Shown here piece after piece: positions 51,944 to 64,000 of a stretch of DNA of 64,000 bases. A program made the translations under genes and the position numbers. The DNA comes from Bilabrum cf. latius. Its lineage: Eukaryota. Each line of letters begins with the position of its first letter. Positions within the stretch are counted from its first letter, which is position 1. The stretch covers positions 62,001 to 126,000 of the forward strand of contig OZ237751.1 in assembly GCA_965178125.1 (NCBI GenBank). Reading direction: 5' to 3'. The notes under the pieces are model-generated. The model was given only the letters and a program-made list of their open reading frames with translations. It was not told where the DNA came from and ran no database searches.

Positions 51944-52611
51944 GATCGAGGCACATGGACACGGCTCAGGCCGCGGGATCGAGACACATGGATACGGCTC
52001 AGGCCGCGGGATCGAGACACATGGACACGGCTCAGGCCGCGGGATCGAGACACATGGACACGGCTCAGGCCGCGGGATCGAGACACATGGACACGGCTCA
52101 GGCCGCGGGATCGAGACACATGGACACGGCTCAGGCCGCGGGATCGAGACACATGGACACGGCTCAGGCCGCGGGATCGAGACACATGGACACGGCTCAG
52201 GCCGCGGGATCGAGACACATGGACACGGCTCAGGCCGCGGGATCGAGACACATGGACACGGCTCAGGCCGCGGGATCGAGACACATGGACACGGCTCAGG
52301 CCGCGGGATCGAGACACATGGACACGGCTCAGGCCGCGGGATCGAGACACATGGACACGGCTCAGGCCGCGGGATCGAGACACATGGACACGGCTCAGGC
52401 CGCGGGATCGAGACACATGGACACGGCTCAGGCCGCGGGATCGAGACACATGGACACGGCTCAGGCCGCGGGATCGAGACATATGGACACGGCTCAGGCC
52501 GCGGGATCGAGGCACATGGACACGGCTCAGGCCGCGGGATCGAGACACATGGACACGGCTCAGGCCGCGGGATCGAGACACATGGACACGGCTCAGGCCG
52601 CGGGATCGAGA
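51944..52611. repeat. Minisatellite, 33-bp unit x ~20
   Basis: Unit GATCGAGACACATGGACACGGCTCAGGCCGCGG, head-to-tail with no spacers and only 4 single-base variants. Confidence 0.97.
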
Positions 52612-52694
52612 TATGAGGTCGGTATGCTTGCCGTGGCTGAGTCGAAGCTGGCATGGATCATGCTATGCTACATCAACAAGACCGTTAGCTTGCA

Positions 52695-55037
52695 TTACCC
52701 AGGAGCAGAATCCAGCACTGAGGCTTGTCTCGTGGTGCCCGCAGCACCTGGCGTGCCACTTGCTCGTCCTACAACAGCACTCGGTCGCTCATGCTGCTCC
52801 TGTGGCCCCACAATGGCGCTCCACAGACCGCCCAGCAGACCACCTGCATCATCCCCCACCAAACCTCCCGTCCCCGCCCCTGTCCCCTCCCCTGCCGCCC
52901 TAGCCCGCAGCTCCATGTCCCTCTTCGCAAGCAGGCCCAGGGGTCGACCTCCACCGGTGGACGATGCAAAGGCCCCACCAGGGGACGGCCTCACCGCACC
53001 GCGGAGTCCCTGCACCACACCTCGGCTCGCGCGCACCGGTGAACCGCCCACTCCCACCCTGTCCTCTCTGCCCTCGAGCGCTCGCCTCTCGCCATCCCCG
53101 AATCCAAGGATATCCGCGATCGCGGCCTCCATCTGGGCCAGCAGCCCCGACGATCCCCCCAGTCCGCTCGCGTCGAGCGGACCAGAGGACCCGCCAAGCG
53201 CTGCGCCCATGCCTGCGCCCAACTCTGTTTGTTCTCTCATTGCGCGGCGCCGCTGCAGCATGTAGCGCAGGACCAGGTTCCTCAAATAGGCCATCCTCGC
53301 TTCATTCGCGCCCTCCTGTGCATCTGCACCGCTTTCATTCGCAGATCCTTGCCCAGACACGCCACCATTTGAGGCTACCGCCACACTGTCACCGGCCCGC
53401 GCACCCCTGCCAGCCGCGCCCCTCGCAGCCGCCTCGGAGGCAGCGAGCATCGCGCGCGCCGCCCCGCTGGCACCTCCACCCGCCCCCAGCCCAGCCCCTG
53501 TGCCAGCCCCAGTGCCGCCCCCGTCCCGACTGGAAGCAGGTGCCGGCAGACTCAGTGGGATCCTCTGCACGGGCACTGCCGATGCCGCCCCTTGCATCCT
53601 CCTGAGTCTGCTGGCTTCCTGCTCGGCCTCCTCCAGCCTGTCCCGGGCCGCCCGCAGCTGTCTTCGCATGTCCGCCGCCGCCTCCTCCGCCTCGTCCGAG
53701 ATGCGTTCCTTCTGCTTGAGCAGCTCCATGGCCCGCCGGCGATAGGCCGCGAAGTCCCTCCGCAGCTTCTCCATCTCAACGTCCCTCCCCCCTGCACCCG
53801 CAGATACAGATCCATCTCCGCTGCCCCCTGCCTCGCCTGGGACATCGTACCTCAAACCAGCCCGACTCCCGCTCTCCCGTCCCTGCCTATCACCTGCCTC
53901 TGTCTGCGTTAGGGGAGAGCCCCCCAGGTCTCCCGCCAGCGCGCCCCTCAGCGCCGCCGATGCCGCCTCCTGCGCCTGCACACGACCGGCCTCGGCTGCC
54001 CGCGCCGCCGCCGCAGCCTCCCCCGCCGAGTCCCGCAGCGATGCGGACTCGTCCTCTGCCGCAGCTAGCGCCCGCTTGGCCTCTGCCAACTCGGCCGCGG
54101 CCCGCCTGGCCCCCACCTCGGCCTGCACCCTGGCCCGCCCCTCGGCCGCACGTGACTCGGCCAGCGCATGCCGCAGCTCCTCAAGCTCCTCCCGAGCCTG
54201 AGCCAGGGCTAGCGCGCTCCCAGATGCATTGCCGCCGCCATGTCTCTCGCCAGTAGAGGTCCCGGATGCTCTGTGCTCCGCTGCCCGGGCCTTCCCCCCT
54301 TCGATCTGGGACTAGAGTGAGAGGACTGGCACTGCGGCCCAGTCGGCCTGCAGCAGCTGCTGGCGGGTCGAGGCAGCTGCGGCGGCTGCGACCGCGTCCT
54401 CGTCCGTCTCCCCGTCGGGCTCGTCGTCCTCTTCACCGACCAACTGCAGCGCACTGCCGCGCACCCACACCTGTGTGCGTTCTGCGGCAGAGATCCCGGC
54501 GGCCCCAGCCCCCTTGGCTCCGTCGGGCGCGCTTGGCGTCATCTCCACCAGGACCCAAGCCTGCATTGATGGAGGCTACCCAGACTGCGAAACGCTAGCT
54601 GCATTATTTTCTTCAGAATGCAGCACACAAAGAGGTTGCAGAGCTTCTGCGCCAGTGCCGGCCGCTGCTCGAGACACTACGTCAGAAAGCAGCGACTATG
54701 CCAACTACGCCCCTTGTGCAGCGCTATCCGAGCTAATGGTGCCATCTGCCGGTAACATAGCATCAAATGCAGCCTTATTCAACGATTGGCCGCCGTCAAT
54801 GTCGAGGAGACCGCCGTCGCTTCCGGATCCCTCAATCGGGCGCCGAGCTTCAAGTTGGGTGCGAACAGATCCCAGCAAGCGTTGCATTCTTGCTTTGTAG
54901 TTAGAAACTACCTTTTTCTGCGATTCGAGCATCTGTTTCAGCCGCTTTGCCAATCGAATCGCTCGCTCATACCGGTCATCCTTGCCTGTGGCTGTGCCGG
55001 CCGCCATACCGGGCTCCACCCCCCGAACAGAGGACAT
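52695..55037 (-). CDS. GRIP-domain coiled-coil golgin (780 aa, 4 in-frame TAG)
   Basis: ATG 55037; TAG 54705, 54696, 54576 and 54312; TAA 52695. Long coiled coil plus a split GRIP-like motif MAYLRNLVLRYM...MEAAIADILGFGDGER. Confidence 0.75.
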
Positions 55038-55184
55038 AGCTATCAGCTGTCAATATTCTTTTGGTGGTATGAATGGGCACATGTCGCTGCAGGAGGCCAC
55101 ATGCGGCAGCTGATGGTGTGTGACGAAGACTAGTAGGCAAACAATATTGCTTCTTAACTAGAGAGTTCTGCAGCATCTGCTTGG

Positions 55185-56672
55185 ATGGAGGATGGAACTG
55201 ACTGCTATAAAGTACTAGAGATCTCGGCATCGGCTTCAACCGACGAGATAAAGACAGCGTATCGTGCACTTGGTGAGGCCTGACTGGATTCCCCGTTCGG
55301 CTTGCTGTCCGAGAGTGCTAGTCACCCGGTTGACTGTTTAAGTTCACATCACTCACAACGTATTGCAGTCAAAAAGTACCACCCAGATGTAGACGCTTCG
55401 GCAGGTGCACTCAAGAAATTCCGGCTCGTCAAGGACGCGAGCGAGGTCCTTCTGGATGACAAGCTGAGGCGGAAGCACGACATCAAGCTCGGGTACGCCG
55501 GCCCGGGAGTTGGACTGGGACAAGACCGTGGCGACTACGACCCAATGAGAGCCAGGGCTGCTCGGCAATCCCGCGTCTCGGAGGAAGAGTTCGCCCGGAG
55601 GGTGAAGAACGTCTCGCAGGGCTTCTGGGGAGGCCGCCGTGGCGGGCAGAGCCACACCTCGTGGCAGGACTTCGCCGGGTCTCATGGAATCGGCGCCCAG
55701 GACGCCAGCGCGCAGGGCAGAACCGGCAAGTTCCGCAGCAAGGTGCGCGGCGCCTACAGGCCGCACGCCTCTGCTGGGCTAGGTCTGGACGAGCGCGAGT
55801 GGCAGCGGATGCACTTCGGTGATGGGCTGCTGGAGGACCATGTGCGCGCAAAGTACGGGGAGGAAGGGGTGCAGAGGCTGCGCGCGCAGCAAGCGAGGGA
55901 GCGGGCACAGGGTGCGAGTTCGGGATCGGGATCGGGATTGGGTGCGGGTGCAGGAGCCGATGGATGGATCCACGACGACGATGGGTGGGGCGCGTTCGTG
56001 GGAGCACAGGTGAGGGAACAGCAGCAGCAGCGAACGGGTGCGGGTGCGGGTGCGAGTGCGGGGGGCATGGGAGCTGGGGGCATCGGCGCTGCGGGGGCGC
56101 AGCAGCACAGGCAGCGGCAGCGGGCGGGGGCTGAGTGGGGGCAGCGGGCCGCGGGAGCACGGGCAGATTGGGCGGGCGGTGGGGACTTCGGGCCGGACGG
56201 GCACGTGAGGCAGAGCGGTCGGTCTCGATTGGAGATGGAGATGGAGATGGAGGGGGCGGAGAGAGCGGAGGGGGGGCGCGGTGTGGGCGCTGGTGTGGGC
56301 AGCGGGCCTCAATCGGCGGCCGGCTGGGGGTCTGCTGGGTCGACTGGGAGTCCTTGGCGGCAAGGAGAGAGGGTTGATTTCGGAGCATCGCCGGGAGCAG
56401 GAGCAGGAGCAGGGGCAAGGGCAGGTTGGATGGACCCCCGTGGGCCTTCCTCCATGGCAGGTCACGCTCGCAGCTCGAGTTTCTACAGGGCACAGCTGGA
56501 CCGCTTGCGAACCGAGAGATCGAGGGGTTTTTCGCTGAGGGGCTGGCGGGGTGTGGTGCAGGTGGGCGTGTGGGTGGGAGCCGGGGTGCTGGCGTATCAG
56601 GGGGGCATGATGGTGCTGTCCACAATTGCTGGGGATGATAGGAGAGGGGGTGGTACAGGGATTTCAAGATGA
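55185..56672 (+). CDS. DnaJ (J-domain) protein with Gly-rich region and C-terminal TM (exons 55185-55272 and 55369-56672)
   Basis: DCYKVLEISASASTDEIKTAYRAL|VKKYHPD...FRLVKDASEVLLDDKLRRKHD; no internal TAG; TGA 56670-56672. Confidence 0.85.
55273..55368 (+). other. Spliceosomal intron (96 bp, phase 1)
   Basis: GTGAGG...TATTGCAG; splicing restores the J-domain YRALVKKYHPD. Confidence 0.85.
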
Positions 56673-56819
56673 CTTGAAATATGTAGGATGGACGAGGAGG
56701 AATGGTGAGACGCAGTGGCATCGTTGATGTATGACTGAGGCAGCCGCCAGGGTGATGAAGCTCCGATCAGGTCCACAGAAAACTAGCAAGACAACTCACG
56801 CAGTCAAACAGCGAATCAA

Positions 56820-59800
56820 TTAAACTCCCTACGTATTCTGCAGGAGCACCCGGCCCACGGGGGCCTCCTGCGGCGTGGCCCCGACCAAGAACGACACCCC
56901 TTCATCGATACATTCGGTGAGCGCCAGATTAATCACTGCGTCCGCATACTCCCAATCCATTGGCCGCTCAACGATATATTTTCCGTGTGAATGTGCACTT
57001 GGCGCAGGTGCACCGGCTACACCAAGATCGCCTGCGGACAGCCCCTTCGAACGGGGAGCGCTGTCACGCGGCCAGGAGCATGGGCTGCAGCACATCCGAT
57101 GGGACACAGGCGGTTGGAGACATTGCTGGACGAACCATCCGGCCCTGGCAGCCATCTGGTCGCTTCTAGCAGCGTTGGCCAGGCGAAGCACCGACTCAGC
57201 CCATCCCGAGTGCGAGCAAAAAGCCTACGGCCAGGCTTTCGACTGCTACTGCTTGTGCATGCTCTGCATTCCGAGATCCGACAAACTTGGTCCCTCCTTT
57301 GTATGGATCAAACCCTGTATCGTGTCTCTGCTCGCCGACATCCGCAATCCAGGCACCGGTTCACCGTGGAGCTCTGATATGCTGCCCCCACTAGCTAGCG
57401 CACGCTCTCGCTCTTGTACCCCCTCCGCAACCGCCGCAAGTGCCGCGAGAGGGCCAGCAAAGTGTGCAAGCCCGCCGCCTGCTTTCACTTCGTTTCTCAT
57501 CTTGAGCATCTCGATAGCCAGCACCATTCCAGCCTGCTTCGGCTGCATCACCATCTGAGCTGTAGAGCTGCTCGTACGCACAAGGGTAGCCCTCTTGCTT
57601 GCGAACGGCTCGTTCTACAGCGCTAAGCCCAGCTGTACCGACGTGGTCCATGCCAGCGCAGCAAGCAGCAAACACGCAGGCAAGCACCCAGCAGCCACTG
57701 ACACTGCCATCATAGGCAGAGCGCCGTCGCAATTCACGTGTGCGATGCACTCATGCAGCCCGTGCTCGAAGGCCCAGAGGCCGACGATCCCCGCACCTGT
57801 GTACAGTCCTCCGAGCACCATGAGCACCACCTCGATCTGCGCGTTGCAGATGCCGCCGAGCCATAACCTCCTAGCCCCTAGAAACCCAGTGGAACCACCC
57901 ACAGCTAGCAGGTGCGCCAGAAACAGCCCCTCCAGCCCGTGCTTGACGGCGAGACCAGGCCACCAGGGCACCCAGAAGTCCTCCTCAGCGCGCGCTTGCT
58001 GCCACGCCTCTCGCTCTAGCCGCAGCAGCAAGCCCTCTCTTTGCTGCAGCTCCTGCGCCATGAGCGAGAGCACAGTGATGGTCACAATCAGGCCAATCTC
58101 ACCGGCCATCACCACGTGCACCGCCCCGTCCATCCAGCGAGTGCCCAGGTAGAGCAGCCGCACGCCAGTCACAAGCACGTACGGCACCCCGATGGGCACG
58201 ATCAAGTCCTGCACCGCCACCCCTGCCGCTGCGGGAGTGCGCCCCGCGATGGGCTCCCAGGCACCTTCTAGCCTGCGCATGGCGGTCCACAGCGCGCTAG
58301 CTAGTAGCATGCTAGGCATCTCCAGCACCGAGGACACCGCCAGGTGCATGGAACTGTGCTGCAAGGGCTGTCCCCCCGTGGTGTCTCTAGAGGGGCACCA
58401 GTGCGGAGCAGAGCACGGGATGGCCCGCCCTGCACCGTCGAGCCCCCGGAGGAGGCTGCGGCTCGGCACCGCGGGCAGCGATGCGCGCCTCGAGGCCCGC
58501 AGCAGAGGCAGTGTGCAGCAGCCCACTAGCAGGGGCGCGCCCGCACCGATTGTTGCCAGCCCCGCTGCGATCCATAGCCACGAGATGGAGGTGCTGAACT
58601 GAGCCTCAAAGCGGCTGCGCACCCTTTCGAGCGTGCTGGCCGCTTCCCAGCTGGATCCGTCGATTTCCGGCTAGCTCTGCGTGCACTCGAGGCAGTGGCT
58701 GGCTCGAAGCGCCGATTTGGCTGCAAGCGTCATAATCGCAGAGGGCGCGTGCAGCCCACAGACCAGGTTTCGAACGGCGAAGGAGGACGCCAGCGGGGGC
58801 ACACGAGAGGCTGACGGGTCATCCCTCGTTACCATCAATACCACATCATGCGACGAGGCATTCCACGGCGGCAGGGCATCAACTTCCCCTTGACTGAGGC
58901 CGCGCGAGCCTGCTAGCATCTTGGCCTCGTCCCATCCGTCTTGCATGCCAAGCTGTGCCACAGGGCCGCAGTGCGCCCTGTCCACCGCCTCTGTCAGACC
59001 CGTGCACAGCACATCTGCGGCCCTGGCTGATGCAAGCACTGCCAGGAGAACGCTCGCCACCGGAAGCACCGCCCCGCAACAGAACCCTGCCAGGCTGAGT
59101 CCCCGCAGCAGGCACCTCCGCCGAGGCTTCACCAGCTCGTCCTCTCTCGATGCCAGGGCGCTGGATCTCTTCCACCTGCCCGCTCTTCCGCGGTGCTCGA
59201 GCAGCTTGCGGTACAGCGCGGTGGACGTGCTCGGGACCTGCGCAGCGGGTGCAGCCTCTCTAGCACCGGCATCGAAATCGCCGCACGTTCGGGCGGGCGC
59301 CGACAGCATCAGCTCCACGGAGGCTTGCTGGGCCCTGCGACTCGCCCGCGAGGACGGCTCGATGCATTGCTGCTCTTGGTGACGTGGCACTGAGGGCAGC
59401 ACGGTAGCTGGGCCCGGCGTGCGGCAGCTGCCGATGCCATCTGCCCCGACCGTTGCATCGCTCAATGAGCCGTGACAACATGACTCAGCACCCATACTTC
59501 CTCGTCCGAGTGGCTGGCTTCTACTGATTTGATCGCCGTGATGTGAGTCACTCGACCGAGACGGCACATGCAATGGAGCAAATAGCTACCGCGGTTGGAG
59601 CTAGGTTTCGACAGTGTCTCCCGCCGGCCAATTCCCATCCGAAGCAGACGCGTGGCTCGCGTCGGACCGATGCAGGTGCCCCACTGACCCTCGCATCTGG
59701 CGCCTCACCCAGATAGCTGCACTCGTCAGCGCTGCCTGCCGAGGCATCACTGACGCCTCACCATCCTGCGCTATACTCTACTAGCAGCTGAGTCGCCCCC

Positions 59801-60566
59801 ACAGGCAGCTCCATCCACCCCACTGGCATACACCACCGGCAGCATCACGGTGTCCCTTGCCTCTTCCCCTCAGCCTCTGGCTGGAGCCGCCGCCACTGGC
59901 CCACACAGCCAGTGCCCATCGGCCGGCGAGTGCGGCCTCCGATTGCAGCGCAGCTTGCCCGGTGGGCCTGCCCCAGCGTGCCAGCACGGCATGAGCCATG
60001 GACATCCTGCGGGCGACACACGCGGGGCACAAGCCGCGATGAGTCGACATCTGCCTGCTCTGCAGAGTTGCTGGACCGCCTTGTTCGCAACGGCACGGGA
60101 TCGTGTCGATGGAAAGGGCCTATATGGACTTCAGGGCACGACCTAATGCTAGAGATGCCATTGAACGAGCAATTATTCTCTGCGACCTGGGAGACTCCAG
60201 CTGCAGCAAGAAGCCCGCCTGAATGGTCTTTCGTACCGGGCCACGATTTTGAGATACAGCCACGACGTCAACAATTGCCTGCAGCGCAGACAACGATCGG
60301 GCCGCAAATTTTGAGTCGCTGTCAAAGCATTGGTCCTTCGTTCGCCAAAAGGTGTCCCTAGTACACACGAAACGACTGAATGGATCGCTTTCGGCGATGA
60401 ACCGTCTCAAATGCCTGCAAGAGGCAGCAACGGCTCTACAGTCCGAGCCAGTCAGAAAGGAACATACCCGATAATTCAGATTTAGCGCTGCGTTTTGACG
60501 GAGCGAAGTCTGCTAGGCCCAAATCTGTTGATTGCAACCGATCGAATCGACATTCCGAACTTTCAT
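56820..60566 (-). CDS. Multi-pass membrane protein with N-terminal F-box-like motif (~1250 aa, 11 in-frame TAG)
   Basis: ATG 60566; LNYRVCSFLTGSDCRAVASCRHLRR is F-box-like; same-frame ORFs 60120-60410, 59781-60050, 58671-59573, 57615-58622, 57246-57581 and 56829-57191 are joined via TAG; TAA 56820-56822; several TM segments at 57615-59100. Confidence 0.7.
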
Positions 60567-60904
60567 TGATCTAAAAATCAAAGGCAGCAAGTAGACAGGA
60601 GGTCCACACACTCGGGTGTGTATGACAAAAGCAACTGAGTTAAGCAACCGTCATAATTTCGCCTCTAGGACCGTGCTCGCAGCGATGCAATAATCGTTGG
60701 GATGAACGTTCGTTTGGTAGCAGCGAACCTTTTCCGTTTCGGGTCGATCCGTCGACGACCATCATCATCACTTCTACCGGGCTAAAGCAGGCGTCAGCGC
60801 AGTTTCCCTGTGTCTAGTAGAGTATTGCTACAGGGTTGATCGCAAACAAACGGACGCGGACGGTGTCCTTCGCAAGGTAGCAGCTACCGCGTGCTGAGCT
60901 TGCA

Positions 60905-63900
60905 ATGACGGGGCCTGGAGTGCTGGTGATGCTCCTAGGCATCATGATATCCCTGTCTCCGGTAGAATCCATTAAAATAACTTCAACGTTCAAATCCGTG
61001 TGTCGCGTTGATGAATATCGCGGCGTTGAGGGCAAGAATATCAGCCACGCATGCGGCAGAGCCAGGAAACCTCCTCGGCGAATTCATCCTCCGCAACGTC
61101 CCAGCTCCGATCCGGACAGTGTAAGCCGTGCAGTTGTAGTCGAGAGAATATAGCAGCATCATGTTATGTCGAGGTCTGCGGGAACTTGCAGACAGCAATC
61201 GGCCATGCGCCCAGCAGCGGCTGAGCCTCCGGCGCAGCCGCCTACCTTTCGGAAGGAATCGCGCCGACCTTTGGATCAGGAAACCAATCAAAATGCAAGG
61301 ATGCTATAGGCCTCTGGGGGCGGGGTGGAGACCCACCGAGTGACTTGGGTAGGCGGCTACTACTGGGTGCTGGCTCTGCAGCCACGGGTCGTGGTGCCTC
61401 CCGGAGCCTCGAATCCGGGCGACCCAGCGCTGGGAGGGCCCCTAAAGCCGCCCGGTCCTCGATCCTACGATGAACTGCAAGCGATGACGGAGGCGCCCCG
61501 CGCGCTGTACCAAGAGACGCACGCCTCGGCGTGCGCGAGGGTCGGCCTCGTCCCCTCCAGCGAGCACGTCTCGTTGCGGCTGCCCCCCGACGCTGGACCC
61601 GGCGGGGGCATAGTGCAGCAGCAGGCCGTGGAGGACCCGAGCGATGCCTCCCAGCGCGCGGCGTGGGGTGTGCAGTACGCACAGGCCATCGCCCAGGGCC
61701 TGGGCCTGCCCCTGTCCGGCTCCCCGCTGGCGGGCTGCTGCACCCCGGCCATGTACTGCGGAGCACCCCCTGGCCCGGCCCGCAGCCAGGTGGGGCCCGC
61801 TGGGGACGCAGGGGCCGAGTGTGCGGTGCACGGTCTGGGTGGGACCGTGTATTCCAATTCCGGATGGTTCCAGGACTCGAGCCGCCGCCCCGTGTACACG
61901 TGTCTCGAGCGGAACGCCACCACGGGGGGCGGCATCGAGCCGTGGAGTGCCGCAGGAGTCGGCTCCGGATCGTTGGCCTACCACCAGGCGGTCGGTGGCA
62001 ACGGCTCTATGCCCGCTCCCCGGCTGCTGTCTGTGTCCTCAGACGGGGGCAGCGTGGAGGAGCTGAGGGAGTTCGACCGGGTGTCGCTGGAGGGCTGGGG
62101 GCTGGGGGAGGACCCGGGGGACATCGACGTGAGGCTAGGGGGGGCGCAGTGCACCTCCCCGCAGGTGTGCCACCGCACCTGCGAGCCGTGTTCCGGCCCG
62201 GGAGACTGCGACTCGAACAGGGCTTGCGTCACCTTCGCCGGCTCGGACCAGCAGCCCTCGAGGAGCGTGTGCCTGCCGCTGTGCCAGGTGCAGCCCATCG
62301 CAACGTCGGAGCTGTGTGCCTGCGGGCAGCAGTGCCGAACGTTCGCCACGAGCGCCCAGGGTTCCTTCGTGTCTCTTTGCGTGAATGGCGACATGGACCA
62401 GCAGGGCATCTGCCCCGCTGGTAGGTCCTACGCCCCCTCCTAGGGCGACAGCGCCATCGACTGCTGGGCCCCGGGGGGGCAGTGTGGGCTCGAGGGGGTT
62501 CTCCCAGCCATCGTGTCCAGCTAGGGACTGCCCTCCTCGGGGGTGATCAGGGCCGCTGACCCGCCCACTGCGGCGGGGGAGGAGCTGGGGGGCTCCCAGA
62601 GCACCATGGGGATGGTGGATGGGCTCGAGTCCACTGCTGTCAGGTATGACCTTGACATGCAGGGGAGGGGCTTCACCTGCCAGGAGGACGAGGACTGCTT
62701 GCCGGGGGCGGACGTGTGCAATGCAGTGCGGTGCATCCAGGGGTGCTGCGTGTCGTCTTCCAGCGGCCGGTGCGACACGGAGGAGCCAGCCGATCGAGCT
62801 GTCCGTCTGCACGGGGCCCTCGTGCCTGTCCCCCTGCCGCGACGGGCTGCTGCCCTGCTGCCCATGCCCGGCCCGCTGCCGCTTGGCTCGGCCGGCACGG
62901 GCGACACGAGGCTGGCTCCTGCCTCTGACGTGGACGACTCGCCCATGTCGCTGTTCCCTGGCACTGGAAGTGGTGGCTCGGCAGGCCAGGACCAAGCTGC
63001 GGTGGCAGGGGCCGGCCAGGGCGCCAGGCGCGCGCTGCGGGGTCTCTCGAACTCCTCGGACGACGACGATGCCAGCGGGGGTGCCGGGGACCATGGAAAT
63101 GGCACCACCGGTGTGCCGGCCGGGTTCGACCCTCCCTTTTTCGCCCGTCGGGTAGACGCCCTGTGGGTGGGATCCAACGGGTTCATGGGCAGGAACGGCA
63201 CGCATCCGTGCGGCGGACACTTTGGAGGTTTCGACTGCGGTCCGTTGAACCGGTACAGGGACTCGATTGCCCCTCTGCTGACCGACCTAAACCCCTCTGC
63301 CAGCGAGAGCGCCGCTCTGTGGGCCCGTGGCCTGCCTGACAACCGGAACCAGACCGATGTGGATGCAATTTCGCCCGAGAAGGTGGCGGCTTCGGGGGCG
63401 GCATGCGTGCGCTGGAAGGGGGTCCCGCTCTACGGGGGCCCTTTGGAAGACACGTGGAGCTTCACCGCGTGCCTGTTCGGGGACGGGGGTCTCCGCTGGA
63501 GGTATGAGGAGCTGCCTGTGGGGCGGGTGCCGGCGGTGACCCAGTTCCTGTCGGGGGTCAGGGACGAGATCGAGCAGGCGGACGACGCGCAGGCCGCGGC
63601 CACAGCGCTGCTCAGGCACTTCAGGCCCTCGGGCGGGTCGGCTGGCTCGCTGGGAGGCGCCGAGGACGGCTCCGACTTCGCGGTGCTGGGTACATCGGAC
63701 GTGCTGCTGGGCGCCGATGCCATTCAGGAGGCCTCCACCGTGGGGCTATGCCAGGCGGGGGCCAGCGCCTGCTTGTCGTCTAGGTGCGGCGAGGCAGGGC
63801 AAGAGATTCGCATGCAGTGGGCGGGCATCGGGTGCGGGGCTGGGCTGGGGACGGGGGCGGCCGGCGGGGCTGGGGTCAACGGCTCTGACGAGGCCGGGGT

Positions 63901-64000
63901 GCTGTGTCAGGTGGGTGCTGCCGTGTCACCAGCGAGGTGGGTGAAGCGACCCTCATGGGAGCGGGTCACCACCGTGATATCCGGCGAGACCGGCCCGGTG
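60905..64000 (+). CDS. Secreted/surface protein with IPT/TIG-like, Cys-rich and NIDO/PLXDC-like domains; 3'-partial; at least 4 in-frame TAG
   Basis: Signal peptide MTGPGVLVMLLGIMISLSPVES; TAG 61151, 61307, 62441 and 62522; IPT-like VSLEGWGLGEDPGDIDVRLGGAQC; NIDO-like FDPPFFARRVDALWVGSNGF, IAPLLTDLNPS, FTACLFGDGGLRWRY. Confidence 0.7.

Noticed and set aside
51944-52611. CRISPR array
   Set aside because: Units are head-to-tail with no unique spacers, there are no cas genes, and the context is eukaryotic.
1-64000. TAG as pyrrolysine, or A-to-I edited to Trp
   Set aside because: TAGs lie in Gln-rich, mostly variable regions rather than at conserved Trp or catalytic sites, and no pyl genes are seen in this window.

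Overview
This is a GC-rich, gene-dense, intron-poor eukaryotic (protist) nuclear window; a stramenopile or bicosoecid-like origin is only my impression. It uses a non-standard genetic code. TAG is a sense codon, most likely Gln, while TAA and TGA remain stops. Reading through TAG merges the fragmented ORF track into 16 long CDSs that tile almost the whole window. By manual count they contain about 125 in-frame TAGs and no internal TAA/TGA outside short GT-AG introns, and all 15 visible gene ends are TGA (12) or TAA (3). Genes in order: GH42-like beta-galactosidase (partial), a non-LTR retrotransposon RT that also uses TAG as sense, a BLTP2/FMP27/Hobbit lipid-transfer protein (~3470 aa), DNA polymerase theta, a RAP-domain protein, a GH78 alpha-L-rhamnosidase, a GH99/GH71-like secreted protein, a PDZ protein, a ~2960 aa CG-1/C2 protein, an ELWxxDGT-like propeller with a mucin-like stalk, a hypothetical protein, a tandem claudin-like protein, a GRIP golgin, a DnaJ protein, an F-box-like membrane protein and a NIDO/IPT surface protein (partial). 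A 33-bp minisatellite is also present. All family calls come from motif recognition by eye; no database searches were run.
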